A DNA stretch of 64,000 nucleotides. Origin: Octopus sinensis (lineage: Eukaryota). Each line of letters begins with the position of its first letter. Position 1 is the stretch's first letter. Shown in pieces: positions 27,500-40,481 of this stretch. A model generated the notes under the pieces. It ran no database searches. It had not been told where the DNA came from and worked only from the letters and a program-made list of their open reading frames with translations. The position numbers were made by a program, and so were the translations under genes. Location: NCBI RefSeq assembly GCF_006345805.1, contig NC_042997.1, positions 90,024,001 through 90,088,000 of the forward strand, written 5' to 3'.

Positions 27500-28888
27500 T
27501 TAAAGAGTTCTTGTTTAAATTAACATTTAGCACACTGTAGGTGCATCATGTCACCATATGAGCTTTCTTCTCTGTAGTATCAGGGAAAACAATTCTAGAG
27601 AAAATGCTGTGTGCTAAAGGTTAAAACCTGGCATCATTATGTTATTTATGAAACTGTGCTTATGCCATACTTCAGACATCTAGTTTGGTATACTAACTAA
27701 TATATGAGACAATGGGGAAGTCCCTATGCAGTTGTTTGAATTGCTAGAAATAGCAACCAAATCACACCCTATTTTATGGATTGTACTTTATGGACTGAAT
27801 TCCATGTCCTCTGTTAGCAGACAGGAAAATAATCTATACCCATACAGCCAGTCTATTTCCATTTGCAATAAAGGAAATTTTCAAACTTTTTGTGTATTTT
27901 GGAAGGTCATAAAATACAGGCATTCTTTTCTCTGGATTCAATGTTATTTATAACATTATTTTCCTCCATTTCCAAACTATTTTCTCAAGTTCTTTTTTGC
28001 AATTCTTTTCTGTAATTTTCCTTCTTTCTTTCTCTTTGTTCCTGTTTAAACCAGTTATGAACAAACTTAATATCTTTTTTTTATTAAGAAACACAGGATA
28101 GTCTGGCTGAATTTTTGAATTTCTGCATTTCAGTGTATTTCTAATTTTGATCATTCTTGTCTCATTTTGAGCTTGAGGATGACTGTTGAATTATCGTTCA
28201 GTTTAATAAACAAAGTCAGGTTGTGCTTTATTACATATCATGTTCTTGTTGTTGTAGTAGTAGTAGTAGTAGTGGTGGTAGTCGTAGAAACAACAACAAT
28301 AATAATAATCCTTTCTATTATAGGCACAAAGCCTGAAATTTTTGAGGAGGGGACTAGTTGATTACATCAACACCAGTGTTTCATTGGTACTTAGTTTATC
28401 GATCCTGAAAGGATGAAAAGCAAAGTCAAATTTGAACTCGGAACATAAAGATGGACGATATGCTGCTAAGCATTTTGCCAGCTTGCCATCCTAATGATGC
28501 TAATAACAATAATAATAATAATGCAAAGGAAATTACAACCAATGGATAAATGTTGTTCATGAGTTTGGATAAATTCATATTTCAGGTCTTGTGCCTATAA
28601 TAGAAAGGATTATTATTGTTGCTGCTACTGCTACTACTACTACAAGAATATGATATGTAATGAAGCACAACCTGCATGCATGCATACATACATACATATA
28701 TACATACATATATATATACATACAAATTGAGATAGGGGTTGTAAATTCAACCCTCAATGGGATAACTTATATCCAATATACTGCTAGTGAGGTACCCAAC
28801 AAAGTTAATACATAAATGTTAAGAATTGCAATACAATTAATTCATTTATTGATATTTGATTTCGATGTATTTCTCCATTTTCTTATTT

Positions 28889-28943
<55 letters not shown>

Positions 28944-30237
28944 ACAGGCATGCATGTATGAGTATGTGTTTACATGTGACTGCTGTTTGTGTGTGTGTAA
29001 GTGATTGAAAAATGTAAGAAAGTGTGAATTAGCAATGGAGACTGTATGCATGGCTCATAAGTGCATACATATGAACATGGACATAGAGGTATGTGCATAC
29101 ATACACATACAACTCTATAGCTTCTTCCCATATTAAGCAGTGGTTTCATAAATTAGGTAGAAGATGACACGAAGTGTGACAATTGGATACGGAAGACGAA
29201 CACTTTGGAATCTCAGCTGGCATCTTGCTGCAGAGCCACTCCTTTGGGACAAGATTTTATCAAATAATCATGGACGACAGCCAAGATAGGTAGCAGCAGA
29301 AATTAATTTTAAATTAGAAGTGTCTTTGATATTGAGATAAGAGAAACCAAAGATATATGAAGAATTCATTATCGAGTCCAAACTAGGTTTTAGAAACAAC
29401 CAGTAATGTGAAATGTTTGAGTGGAGGCCTCAGGAGAGAGCAGAAAAGAGAGAGAGATGGAGTGAATGCTACCCACCCACCCAGTTTCTCTGTCACTGCA
29501 AGTGTGATAAATTCAAGGTAAGAAAGTTAAATCTGTAAGAAATGGAACGTTTGGGAAACAAAAATGTGCTAAAATGTACATTGGAATAAACTTCAATATC
29601 AGTGTTTTTATTTACTAATTATGTGATCGTGATCAATATAAAGTTATTTGGAGAGAGAGAAAGAGATACAGAGTATAAAGTTATCTGCTGACACACAAAC
29701 AGATCTTAGTTATTTGTCTATATATTTTCATACACCCAGATATACAATATATCTTATACATAATGATAAAGTTACCTGCTTACTTAAACAGATATACACA
29801 CAGACAGACACATACTTTGTTGTTATATCACATAATATGTAAGGTATTGTGTGCAGATACATAGCATATCAGTTATTGTGGATAGATATGGCATAGTATA
29901 TTAGTATATGATACTATGTAAATACGATACCTGTGTTGAAATATCATACAGTATATAACATGTTACATAGTATGTAAGATACTGTGTGCTGGTATAGAAT
30001 ATTATATATAAGGTAATATATGTTGATATATCACAACATATGGAAGGTACTGCATGCTGATATGACATAGAGTAAGGTACTGAGAACTGATATGACATAC
30101 TGTACATAAAATTTTGTGTATTGATATAACATACCCCCCCCCCCCCAGTCACTGCTACCTCTGCATATCACTCACTCACTCACTCTCTCTTTCTCACACA
30201 CAAACAACAGATCCAACTAACTGAAGAAAAGTCTTAC

Positions 30238-30648
30238 CTTTAGGTCTGAAACGCCATCATTATTTAGTGCTGAGATCATAAAAACATTTTTGAATTTAGG
30301 CCAGCCTTTTTTGTCTTTCACTTTTGACCTAATATTTTGCATTCTCTTATGATAGTCTTGCCATGATTCAGCTTGAACATTATCTTCTATGTCTACAGAA
30401 CTTTTTACTGGAAACTCACTCACTAAATCACTATCAAGAGAGGTCTGAGTTTCAGTTTGAGTGTGATAGTGGTCAGGAATATTTGACTTCTTCAGTTTCA
30501 GGCCATGTTTCTGGAAGATTTCTTTCAGTATCTTTTCATTAACTTTCACATTCTTTCGAATGAAATCAGCTTTTTTATTATCAACTCTTCCTTCTGTTAG
30601 AATTCTAGTAATTTCCAACAGATGATTCTTCTTATCCACTTTGTCAAT
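30238..30648 (-). CDS. ERAL1: ERAL1 internal coding exon (G4 completion to G5)
   Basis: tttcag/GTAAGA boundaries; 411 nt, phase 0/0; IDKVDKKNHLLEITRILTEG...GWPKFKNVFMISALNNDGVSDLK; NK|ID completes NKxD; matches human GWPHFKEIFMLSAL. Confidence 0.96.
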
Positions 30649-31108
30649 CTGAAATATTTCAAAGAATTTAGAATATAGTAATAAGCCACAAATATTGAGA
30701 GAAGAAACAGTTGATGAACTTGTACCACCTCCACCCCAGTATCTGATTGGGACAAAGCTAAATACTACGAGGCAGTTTTTCCATTGCTCTACAGATTCTG
30801 CTCCTACACTGAAGATAGTGTATGAGTGTTCAGCTTTTGCCGAACAACCTGCACAAATGATTTGTTTATAGTGATCAAATGTATGTGTTGTACATTAGCT
30901 CACTCTCTCTCCATCAAATCGATGTTGCCTGAACAGATGCATGGTGTACTACATGTCAGGTGTCAAAGTGATTGCAGAGCAATGTAAGATGAAGTGTTTT
31001 GCTCAAAAACACAATGCACCACCCAGACTAGGAACTAAAACCACAATATTCTGATTGTGAGTGCCACACTCTAACCACTATGCCATGCGTCCTCACTATA
31101 ATAATAAC

Positions 31109-31161
<53 letters not shown>

Positions 31162-31164
31162 TAA

Positions 31165-31723
31165 AAAATGCCCTGATGCAGTACCAGGCAGTAGCTCTCG
31201 TGGCTTCTGATCTTAACTGACTGGAAGTGTTATCATGTATATTGTTTTATCTTGGTATTAAAGATGGGCTACAGCAAATATTCTGCTCAATACCACAGAT
31301 TTGCTTGTCAGTTGTTTGATCTTAACCAGTTGAGCATGTCCCTTAGTGGCTGACAATATGTGCATCTCTGATCATGAGCAGAAGTAGTGGGGGAGCAGCA
31401 TAGCCATGTGTTGAGAGGGATTCTTTGGGGTTTGAATAATTCACTTCTGGAAACATGGGTGTTTCATTCAACATCCTTAAACAACCCTTATTCAGGGTCC
31501 TTTTGAGCGGGATGGGTCACTCAACCCGAAGAAAATTCTAACTGGGCCCCACCTGCAAGGTCATGTGCTGTTTATCTTGATATAAGATCACCATGTCACG
31601 CACATATGGTTGTGATGCATGTATCTGGTGTATCCTTATCAGATGGGTAGTCATGATGGGTATACTGGGCTTCATATATTTTACCCCAGTGTCACTTTGA
31701 TGGCATGCACTGCTCTCTCACTC
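31165..31723. mobile_element. unclassified non-coding interspersed element embedded in (AAT)n
   Basis: about 560 bp of complex sequence bounded on both sides by AAT microsatellite (31100-31160 and 31724-31748). Confidence 0.5.
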
Positions 31724-32724
31724 AATAATAATAATAATAATAATAATATGGTTCTGGGTTCAGTCCCACTGCGTGACATCTTGGGCAAGTGTCTTCTGCT
31801 ATAGCCTCGGACCGACCAAAGCCTTGTGAGTGGATTTGGTAGAGGGAAACTGAAAGAAGCCTGTCGTATATATGTATATATATATATGTGTATGTGTGTG
31901 TATATGTTTGTGTGTCCGTGTTTATCCCTCTAGCATTGCTTGACACCCGATGCTGGTGTGTTTATGTCCCCGTCACTTAGCGGTTCGGCAAAAGAGACTG
32001 ATAGAATAAGTACTGAGCTTACAAAGAATAAGTCTCAGGGTCAATTTGCTCGACTAAAGGCGGTGCTCCAGCATGGCCACAGTCAAAATGACTGAAACAA
32101 GTAACAAAGAGTAATAATAATAATAATGGCTTCAAATTTTGACACAAGGTCAGCAACTTTGGGGGAGGGAGAAGTTGATGACATTCACCCTATGGTGAAC
32201 TGGTATTTGTTTTCTCAACCTCAAAAGGATACAAAGCAAAATTGACTTTCACAGTTTTTGAACTCAGAATATAAAGACAGATGAAATGCCACTTTTTGCT
32301 TTTGTCACCATAGTTGTTGTTTGCTGATGTTATTTCCAGGTTATGTGTGATTTTTTTCTTTTGTTTTTGTTACCTTGACAATGACACACTATCATTTTCA
32401 ACTTGGAAGCTTACTGACCTATTTAAAAGCAATCCTTCTCTCTCTCTCTCTGCTATACTCTTTTTCACTCACTTGTGTTGCTTTGTTGAATAATATTGTA
32501 AGTTTTTTCCCAACTTCTTGCTTTTAGCAGAGAAAAATCAAGATTTAGCTGTTTTGAACAATTTCAAAACAACTGAAACTCCAACTGGGTTGACATTATG
32601 CATAAACCACTGCACCTAAATGCAGCTGATGAGCTCTGATTAACAAAAATCAAGCAAACACAATGAAAAATTTTGATAAAAGCTTACAAAGATGAAAATT
32701 AGAATGGCTTCTTGTTCTGTAGTA

Positions 32725-32725
32725 G

Positions 32726-32777
<52 letters not shown>

Positions 32778-32837
32778 AGTAATAATAATAATAATAATAA
32801 TAATAGTAATGATAATAATAATAATAATAATAATAAT
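32725..32837. repeat. (AAT)n microsatellite abutting a Dong/R4 LINE
   Basis: about 37 AAT-type units. Confidence 0.95.
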
Positions 32838-34070
32838 GGTTGTAACGATCAGCTACTCATCAATAAGATGATCTTAGAAGATTGTCATAAACGACACAAA
32901 AACTTGTCAATAGTCTGGATAGACTATAAAAAAGCTTTTGATAGCTTACCACATAGCTGGATTAAGAAACGTCTAGAAATGTATAAAATAGTGCCTACTC
33001 TGTGAAACTTTTTGTCTGTAAGTGTAAGATCATGGAGAACCATACTGACTTTGAACAGTGACAATGAATCTCTAAATGCTGGAGATGTAAAAATTTCAGG
33101 TGGCATTTTCCAGGGTGACTCACTATTACCACCCCTCTTTTGTCTAGCCTTAATACCTCTCTCAAAATTGCTCAATGATGCACAGCACGGTTATAAAATA
33201 TTTGATAAAAATATAAATCATCTCATTTACATGGATGCAAAAAATGACCAACAACTCAAGGGCTTATTAGCAATTGTTAAACAATTCAGTAATGACACCA
33301 GAATGCAATTTGGCCTTGATAAATGTGCAAAAGCTACCTTTATCAAAGGAAAAATGACAGAAACATCTAATGTTAACCTTGAGCAGCAGAATGTCATAAA
33401 AGAGTTAGAACCAGCGGAGAGATACAAATACCTACGGGTACTTGAAGGGGATGGAATCAGGCATTCAGTGATGAAGGAAAGGTTCATGAGAGAATGTTAT
33501 CACAGGGTGAGAGCAATACTTAAGACAGAGCTGAATGCAAGAAGTGATCAATGTTTTAGCCATACCAGTCGTGACTTACAGTTTCAATATCATTAACTGG
33601 TCAATTACTGAAATATGTAATCTTGACAGAAAAATACAAAAACTATTGACAATGCATAGAATGCACCACCCTAAGGCAGATATAGAACGACTTTATCTGC
33701 CAAGAAAAGAAAGAGGCTGTGGACTTTTACAACTGGCATTAACAATGAAGATTGCCACAATTGGCCTAGACACCGACCTGAAAAACGCTGAGGACTAGAT
33801 GTTAAAACTTGTCTCAAAACATGAAAACAAGAAAGCATCATATTCAGTAACAAAACAGGCAAAGGAATATCTAAGTGAATTCCAAATACAACAAATTCCA
33901 GAACCAGACATATGAGAAACAAGCACAGAAAAAGCTAAGCGTATGAAAACCTGTGCTAAAACTGCTACCTTAGATATTCTTACTGATAAATGGCAAGAAA
34001 AACCTCTCAATGGCAAATACCCAAAGAGAGCGAATAATGCCAATGTTGACAAAGCCCTTACCCATCAAGA
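32838..34070 (+). mobile_element. Dong/R4-clade (restriction-like endonuclease) LINE reverse-transcriptase fragment, antisense within an ERAL1 intron
   Basis: WIDYKKAFDSLPHSWI, GIFQGDSL.P.LFCLAL, HL.YMD (DDLKL deleted), MQFGLDKC, YKYL and ERLYLPRKERGCGLLQL motifs; stops and frameshifts. Confidence 0.9.
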
Positions 34071-34431
34071 ATGGTTGTGTTTAGTTTCTGTAAAACAAGT
34101 AGCAGTAATATGCTGTGAAGGACACCTTTGGAGAAAATGCAAAAATTACATTGAGATTCAGAACAGAAAAAAAAAAAACACTTAAGATGTAGAATGAGAG
34201 ATTGGTGGTGGATCAATGAGTTTCAGATGTGACATTTTTGCCGAAGATTTGTTTCACAATGATTACAATGAAATTTGATTCTCACTGTTTTGTATGACAA
34301 CACTGAATTTCTTTCAAAAAAATTTTTTTTTAGTTTCATATAGAAAGATTTGATCTGCTAATGTTACTGGCTAAATTGAAGTTGAACCCGACATTATTGT
34401 ATTATGAGGAAATAGTTAAACCATAACTTAC

Positions 34432-34544
34432 CTTGTTAAGTATCAGTATAGCTGGTATGTGTGTGTTACAGTACAGAAGTTGAAGAATAGACTGGCCAAG
34501 TTCTCGCGAATACCATCTATTGGAAACATCAACTATGATTCCAA
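34432..34544 (-). CDS. ERAL1: ERAL1 internal coding exon (GTPase domain up to G4 NK)
   Basis: tttcag/GTAAGT boundaries; encodes (I)GIIVDVSNRWYSRELGQSILQLLYCNTHIPAILILNK, similar to human [38 protein letters not shown]. Confidence 0.95.
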
Positions 34545-34699
34545 CTGAAAATGAAAGCAGAGTCTTTGTATAAACATACTGCAACAAAAAACTCAGGGAT
34601 GTTAGTTCAACATTTACTTCCTCAAGTCTACATAACCTTCTGAATATCCCCATAAACATTTATTCCCTCTGTTTACATCACTGTTTACCCCAGGTGTTT

Positions 34700-35210
34700 A
34701 ATTAACTTTGCATATGGATGAAGACAGTTGCATAAAGAAGTGCCAAGCTCTAATTGTGGAAGGTACCTGTGGAGAGGTAGATCCAAGAAGATGTAGGACA
34801 AAATGGTGAGAAAGGATCTTCAGATGTTGGGCCTCATTATGGAAATGACAAGCGACCAGGATATGTAGTGATTTGCTGTACTTGATAAGACATGTCAAGC
34901 TAAGTAAAATCACTATCTTCCACACATACAGGGTAGTCCTTTCAGGTGCCGGTGCCACATAAAAAGCACCTGTGCCAGTACTGCACTAATGCATCCATGC
35001 TAGTGCTGCATAAATGCACCCATGCAGGTGGCACTTAAAAAAACACCCAGCACACTCTGTTAAGTGGTTGGCGTTAGGAAGGGCATCTAGCCATAAAAAC
35101 CATGCCACAACAGACAGTTGGAGTTTGGACAACTCCCTGCTAGCCAGCTCTATGTCAAACTGTCCAACCCATGCCAGTATGGAAAGCCGATATTAAACGA
35201 TGATGATGTC
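34700..35210 (+). mobile_element. older 5'-truncated RTE copy with tail
   Basis: MDEDSCIKKCQALIVEGTCGEV-like remnant homologous to 7780-7960, then the same 3' UTR and (GAT)n. Confidence 0.75.
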
Positions 35211-35849
35211 TCAAATGCTCAACTGCTAGCATTACTTACAATTTTAGAGTCATCTCAGGCTATCAACCAACGGACATTTCTTTGTTGTTTGTCAGTTTTG
35301 TGCTGCTTTTCAGCTCATAATTATTTTTATAATCATCTTCCAATGCTATTTTATTGTTCACTAACCTATGTTGCTTCAAATTAATATTTTGTTTATACTA
35401 AAACAGACAAATTAGAAAGGTAAGGTTATATAAAACTGGTATATACAAGTAAATGCATATTTTGGCAGTCAATCACCATTAAGATATAATTTCAGTTCCC
35501 CAATGAAACACTTAGGGTATAAATACATTGATTTCCCAGAACCTTTGGTTCCAAAGGTTCTGCCAAGGTTAACTTTGCTTTTCATCCCTTGAAAGTCAAT
35601 AAAATACAGGAGTTGATGTAACTGAGTTATCCTACTTTGTGCCAGGATTTGAAAGCATTATTATTATTATTTTTCCTTCTTTCTTCAAATTTTCTCCCAT
35701 TTCTTGCCCAGTGTTTTCCATACACCTAGGGCAGAGAAGTTCATTGTATGCATTCCCAGGTTACACATGCAAATTCACAGGTAAAACTTATTAAAAAAAT
35801 TAATAGATAAATAAATTCATGAATGGATGTTGTTTTCACAGTGATAATG

Positions 35850-35985
35850 CTCTTCTCAGTACATGAGCCATTCCAGTTGACACGATTTTTTGAACTTCCT
35901 GTAGGGATGGTAAGCTTGGTATCATTTTCAAATAGGTTTCAGTACTTTTTTTTATCATTCCTAGAGATCCTTATTATTATTATTA
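35850..35985 (-). mobile_element. Dong/R4 LINE 3'-end fragment
   Basis: MIPSLPSLQEVQKIVSTGMAHVLRRALSL*, resembling the R4-clade C-terminus QK...GTAHILRR. Confidence 0.7.
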
Positions 35986-36575
35986 TTATTAAAGGAGGTG
36001 AGGTGGTAGAATCATTAGCATGTCAAATAAAATATTTAATGGCAATTTTTTTTGAGTCTTAACAGAATTCAAATTTTGCTGGTGTTGATTGCCTTTCATC
36101 CTTTTGGAGTTGATAAAATAAGTACTGGCTGGGCACTAGGGTCAATGTAATTGACTTACCTCCTCCCCTAAGATTGCTTGCCTTGTACCAAAATTTGAAA
36201 GAATTATTACTATCATCCTCATCAATATTAAAAGGGTAAAGACCCCCTTTGGTCATGAATGACCATGGGATTGCACTTAGAAAGTTGCCCAAGCAAGATT
36301 GTTTATGGAAGACCAGCAGTTACCCAAGCATATCAGCCTTCCCTCCCTATGCCATTAATGTTATCCAAAGGAAAGGCCGATATAGATTGGCACCAGTAAC
36401 TCACTTCTACAGCTGAGTGAACTGGAGCAGTGTGAAATGAAGTGTCTTGCTCAAGAACATAACACACAACCTAATCCAGGGATCAAACTCATTACCTTAT
36501 GGTTGTGAGCCCAATGCTCAAACCACTGAACCATGCGCCTTCACATCATCAATATTATTATTATTATTATTATTG

Positions 36576-36874
36576 CTAATGACTAAACTGTTTTTAGAAC
36601 TACATTCAGTGCTTCAAGTGTTGTAACTCTGAATTACAAAAGTCTGTGCATGTCCTCAGCCAAAGGATGAAATAAGAAAGGAGAAAAGATAATGAAGATG
36701 ATAAGAACAATAATCATCAATATTACTACTATTATTATTTTCTTATCATCTTCATTATCTTTTCTCCTTTCTTATTTCATCCTTTGTCTGAGGACATGCA
36801 CAGGCCTTTGTAATTCAGAGCTACAGCACTTGAAGCACTGAATGTAGTTCTAAAAACATAGTTTTAGTCATTAG
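36576..36874. repeat. long foldback (about 132-bp inverted arms, about 32-bp spacer)
   Basis: 36576-36707 is the near-perfect reverse complement of 36740-36874. Confidence 0.92.
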
Positions 36875-39544
36875 TAAATATTGAATAATGAAGAGACAAT
36901 CAGAAATAAATGAAGAGAAGCCAGAATAAGGAATTAAAAAAGGATTAATCTCATTGTTTAACTTCTGATCAAACAAACCTATGAAGAAGTTGTGATCATC
37001 CCATCTTTTTCAGACAGTGTGTCTAGGATTCATGGTATATATCATATATGGATTAGAGATAAAGTTATGTTAGCTATGTGATATCTATTGCTGTAGAGAA
37101 CACAAGTTTAAAATTCTTACAGGTTTAAGAATGGTGAGAAGTTAGTAAGAAACTGCTAGTAAATTTGAATATTAATCAGGGTATGCTGGTATTCATTAAT
37201 GAATCACCTTTTTTTTATCTTTATTACTGTCTGTCTACTATAGCATGTATATTCACTAATGCCAAAAATAGTACGCCCATATACACATACACACACACAT
37301 ATGTAGTTAAAATTAGTATTTTTTAGTATTTTTATACATATTACATTTGCTGAAGCTGACATTTCACATTTTGTAACTTAAAGTTTCAAGCTTCTGATCG
37401 TCAGGCAACATATACACATGTTTTTATAAACATAAATATAGCAAACATTGACTGAATAAGGAACACTATATATGTGTATGCTTTAAAATTTATTATTATT
37501 TTATTGATGGTAATATCGAAGGTGCAGGCATGGCCAACAACTTGGTCTTGGTTTCAGTCCTACTGTACAGCATCATGGGTAGGTGTTTTCTACAAAAGCC
37601 CCAAACTCACAAAAGCTTTGTGGGTGGATTTGGTAAATGGAAACTGAAAGAAATCTGTTTGTGTGTGTGTGTGTGTGTGCACGCGCGCGTGCGTGCGTGC
37701 ACATGTGTATGTGTGCGTGCGCGTTACCATCTCTTTGCTTTGACTTTATGTGATAGTTGTAAATGAACGTCACCATTTATTTCCAATCTTCTTGGAAAAC
37801 ATGTCTGGTCACAGGGTGATGTTACCTCATTTGGAAACAGGTGAATGTCAGTGACAGGAAGGGCATCAGGTTGTAGGAAACCCAACTCAACAAATTCTGC
37901 CTGATCCATGCAGGCATGGAAAAGTGGATGTTAAATTATGATGATGATGATAACTTTGAGGTTTCACCTGAGTCTGTGCCTTAGCCTCAGACTTAGCAAA
38001 ACTTTAAAGTCACAGTCAATACATAAACATATGGTATGGTATGAGAAATCCTAGCTTGAAAGATTAAGGCTTCTAATTTGTATGGTTAAAGATGTAATAT
38101 CACCTTGGTTTACTGGTTAGCACAACAGGCATGAGGTTTGATTACAATAGGCAATGTTACAACGTTTTTCATCTTCTAAAACATACACATTCTAACATAG
38201 AAATGCATACATTCAGGGACTGTATAACTTGATAGACATACTCAAATACTTAATTCTCTTCCTGTATTTTCTGAGTTAAAAATGTATGCAGTATTACCAG
38301 TAATACACATACTTCTTCCTCAAATTTCCCCTACTTCTCTCTCTGTGTATCCATCTTGCTCTCTATACATCCATCTCTTTATATATCTATTAGGCTATCA
38401 ATGTATTTTTTCTCTGAATATTTATCTCTCTCTCTTTCTCTCTCTATGTATTCCTCAGTATTTTTCTCTCCATCTAGCTGCATCTCTGTCTAGCTATCTA
38501 TATATTTCTCTCTGAATATCTATGTATATATATGTATATGCTGCTCTCTCTCTCTTCTCTGCACCTATCAACCCCTCATAGCCACTTACATTGCATGTTA
38601 CACGAGTAATTAACACGTCAATGAGAAATGGGTTTGGCTGCAAGGAGCTGGCAGAGCCTTTCTAGATGGACAGCAAAGCTGTTAGTGACGCCACCTGCAG
38701 GCTGCCATCTTCTGGCAGTGAAGTGAGAAAGCCGACAACTTGATAGATATATACTTCACACTTGGTCTTGGCCAGAGAGACACCCACACATGCAGCTACT
38801 ACCACCCAGGGGGATAGAGTCCAGCACTCTAGCATGCAACATGCCAGCTCTGAGTGGAGAGCAGCTAAAACACAAAGAAATAAATATCAACAAAAGAAAA
38901 AAATTAAAATAACAACTACAAACAACAACCATCATAATAAACTATAATTACAACAACTATGATAATCTGTTTTTCTACTTGCTGTTATTATGTAGATAAG
39001 ATGGCTTCCACCAAATCCAACTATTAGTTCTTGTTGAAGCACAACAAACAACAACATGAAGTGTAGAAAATTGATTGTATCCACAGCAACTAAATTCTCA
39101 GAAGAAATTCACTAAGACTTCAAATCATCATCATCATCATCATCATTTAGCATCTGTTTTCCATGCTGGCATGGCCTAGATAGTTTAACTGGAGCTGGTA
39201 AGCCAGAGAGCTGTACAAGGCTCCAGTCTGATTTGGCTTGGTTTCTACAACTTGATGCCCTTCCTAATGCCAACCATTCCAAGAATGTAGTAGGTGCTTT
39301 TTATATGTCACTGGTATGGGTGTCTTTTACGTGTCATCGCCACTGACCACAGCTAATAATAATAATAATATTAATGAAAAGGTAGCAAGATGCAACGAAA
39401 ATTTTAGAAAATAAAAATAAGAAATAAGTGGAAATTTTACCAGTGAGTGTGTTAAATAATAAGGCACTAAAAGAGAATGACTCTCCCCAGACACAACAGA
39501 ATATGCTTCAACACATGAACTCATATAAAGAATCTTGCAAACCA

Positions 39545-39850
39545 AATCCAAAAATAATAATATAGATACCAGGAAACTCCAAAATGGCAGAAATTCAAAA
39601 GATAGTGCTCATGGGAACTGCCAATATCCTATGCAAAATACGTTCAATGTAATCTCAAGTTTTAAAACAAACACATAATTTTCTTAAGGTTTCTTAAACA
39701 TTCCCTAGAACAACACTATGTACAAAACCAAATATATGGCACCGAAGGCATAACACCAGCATGAACTTTCAACTTGTTGTCTCTTGAGGTCTCTGGGTGA
39801 GACTTGGAGCCAACTTGTACAAATGTAAAGCAAAAGTCAAACATAAAATA
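39545..39850 (+). mobile_element. Dong/R4-like LINE 3' end with (TAA)n tail
   Basis: IPGNSKMAEIQKIVLMGTANILCKIRSM*, then a UTR and ataataataat. Confidence 0.65.
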
Positions 39851-39856
39851 ATAATA

Positions 39857-40171
39857 ATAATCCTTTCTACTATAGGCACAAGGCCTGGAATTTGTGGTGA
39901 GGGAGATAGTCAATTAATCGATCCCAGTACTTGACTGGTACTTAATTTATCGACCCTGAAAGGATAAAAGGCAATGTTGACCTCGTGGAATTTGAACTGA
40001 GAATGTAGTGGCAGATGAAATACCGCTAAGCATTTCGCCTGGCATGCTAATGTTACTGCCAGCTCGCCACCTTAATAGTAATAATAATGATAATTCTCTC
40101 TACATTAAGCACAAGGCCTGAAATTTTGTGGGAGAGGAATATGGTTGAATACGCGGTGGTGGCGGCAGCAA

Positions 40172-40206
<35 letters not shown>

Positions 40207-40441
40207 ACAGCAGCAGCAGCAACAGCAACAACAATCCTTTCTACCTGGTCTGAAATTTGGGGGGAGGGAACTAGTCAATTACATCGACTCCAGTGTTTCA
40301 CTGGTACCTAATTTATCGAACCCAAAAGGATGAAGGGCAAAGTTGACCTCAGTGGAATTTGAACTCAGAATATAAAGGCAGATGAAATGCTGCTAAGCAT
40401 TTTGCCCAGTGTGCTAACGATTCTGCCAGTTCGCCACCTTG

Positions 40442-40481
<40 letters not shown>

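Noticed and set aside
31165-31230. Reverse strand CCTGGTACTGCA and TAAGATCA resembling U2 snRNA pieces
   Set aside because: Matches are short and too closely spaced for U2; no Sm site or branch-recognition sequence
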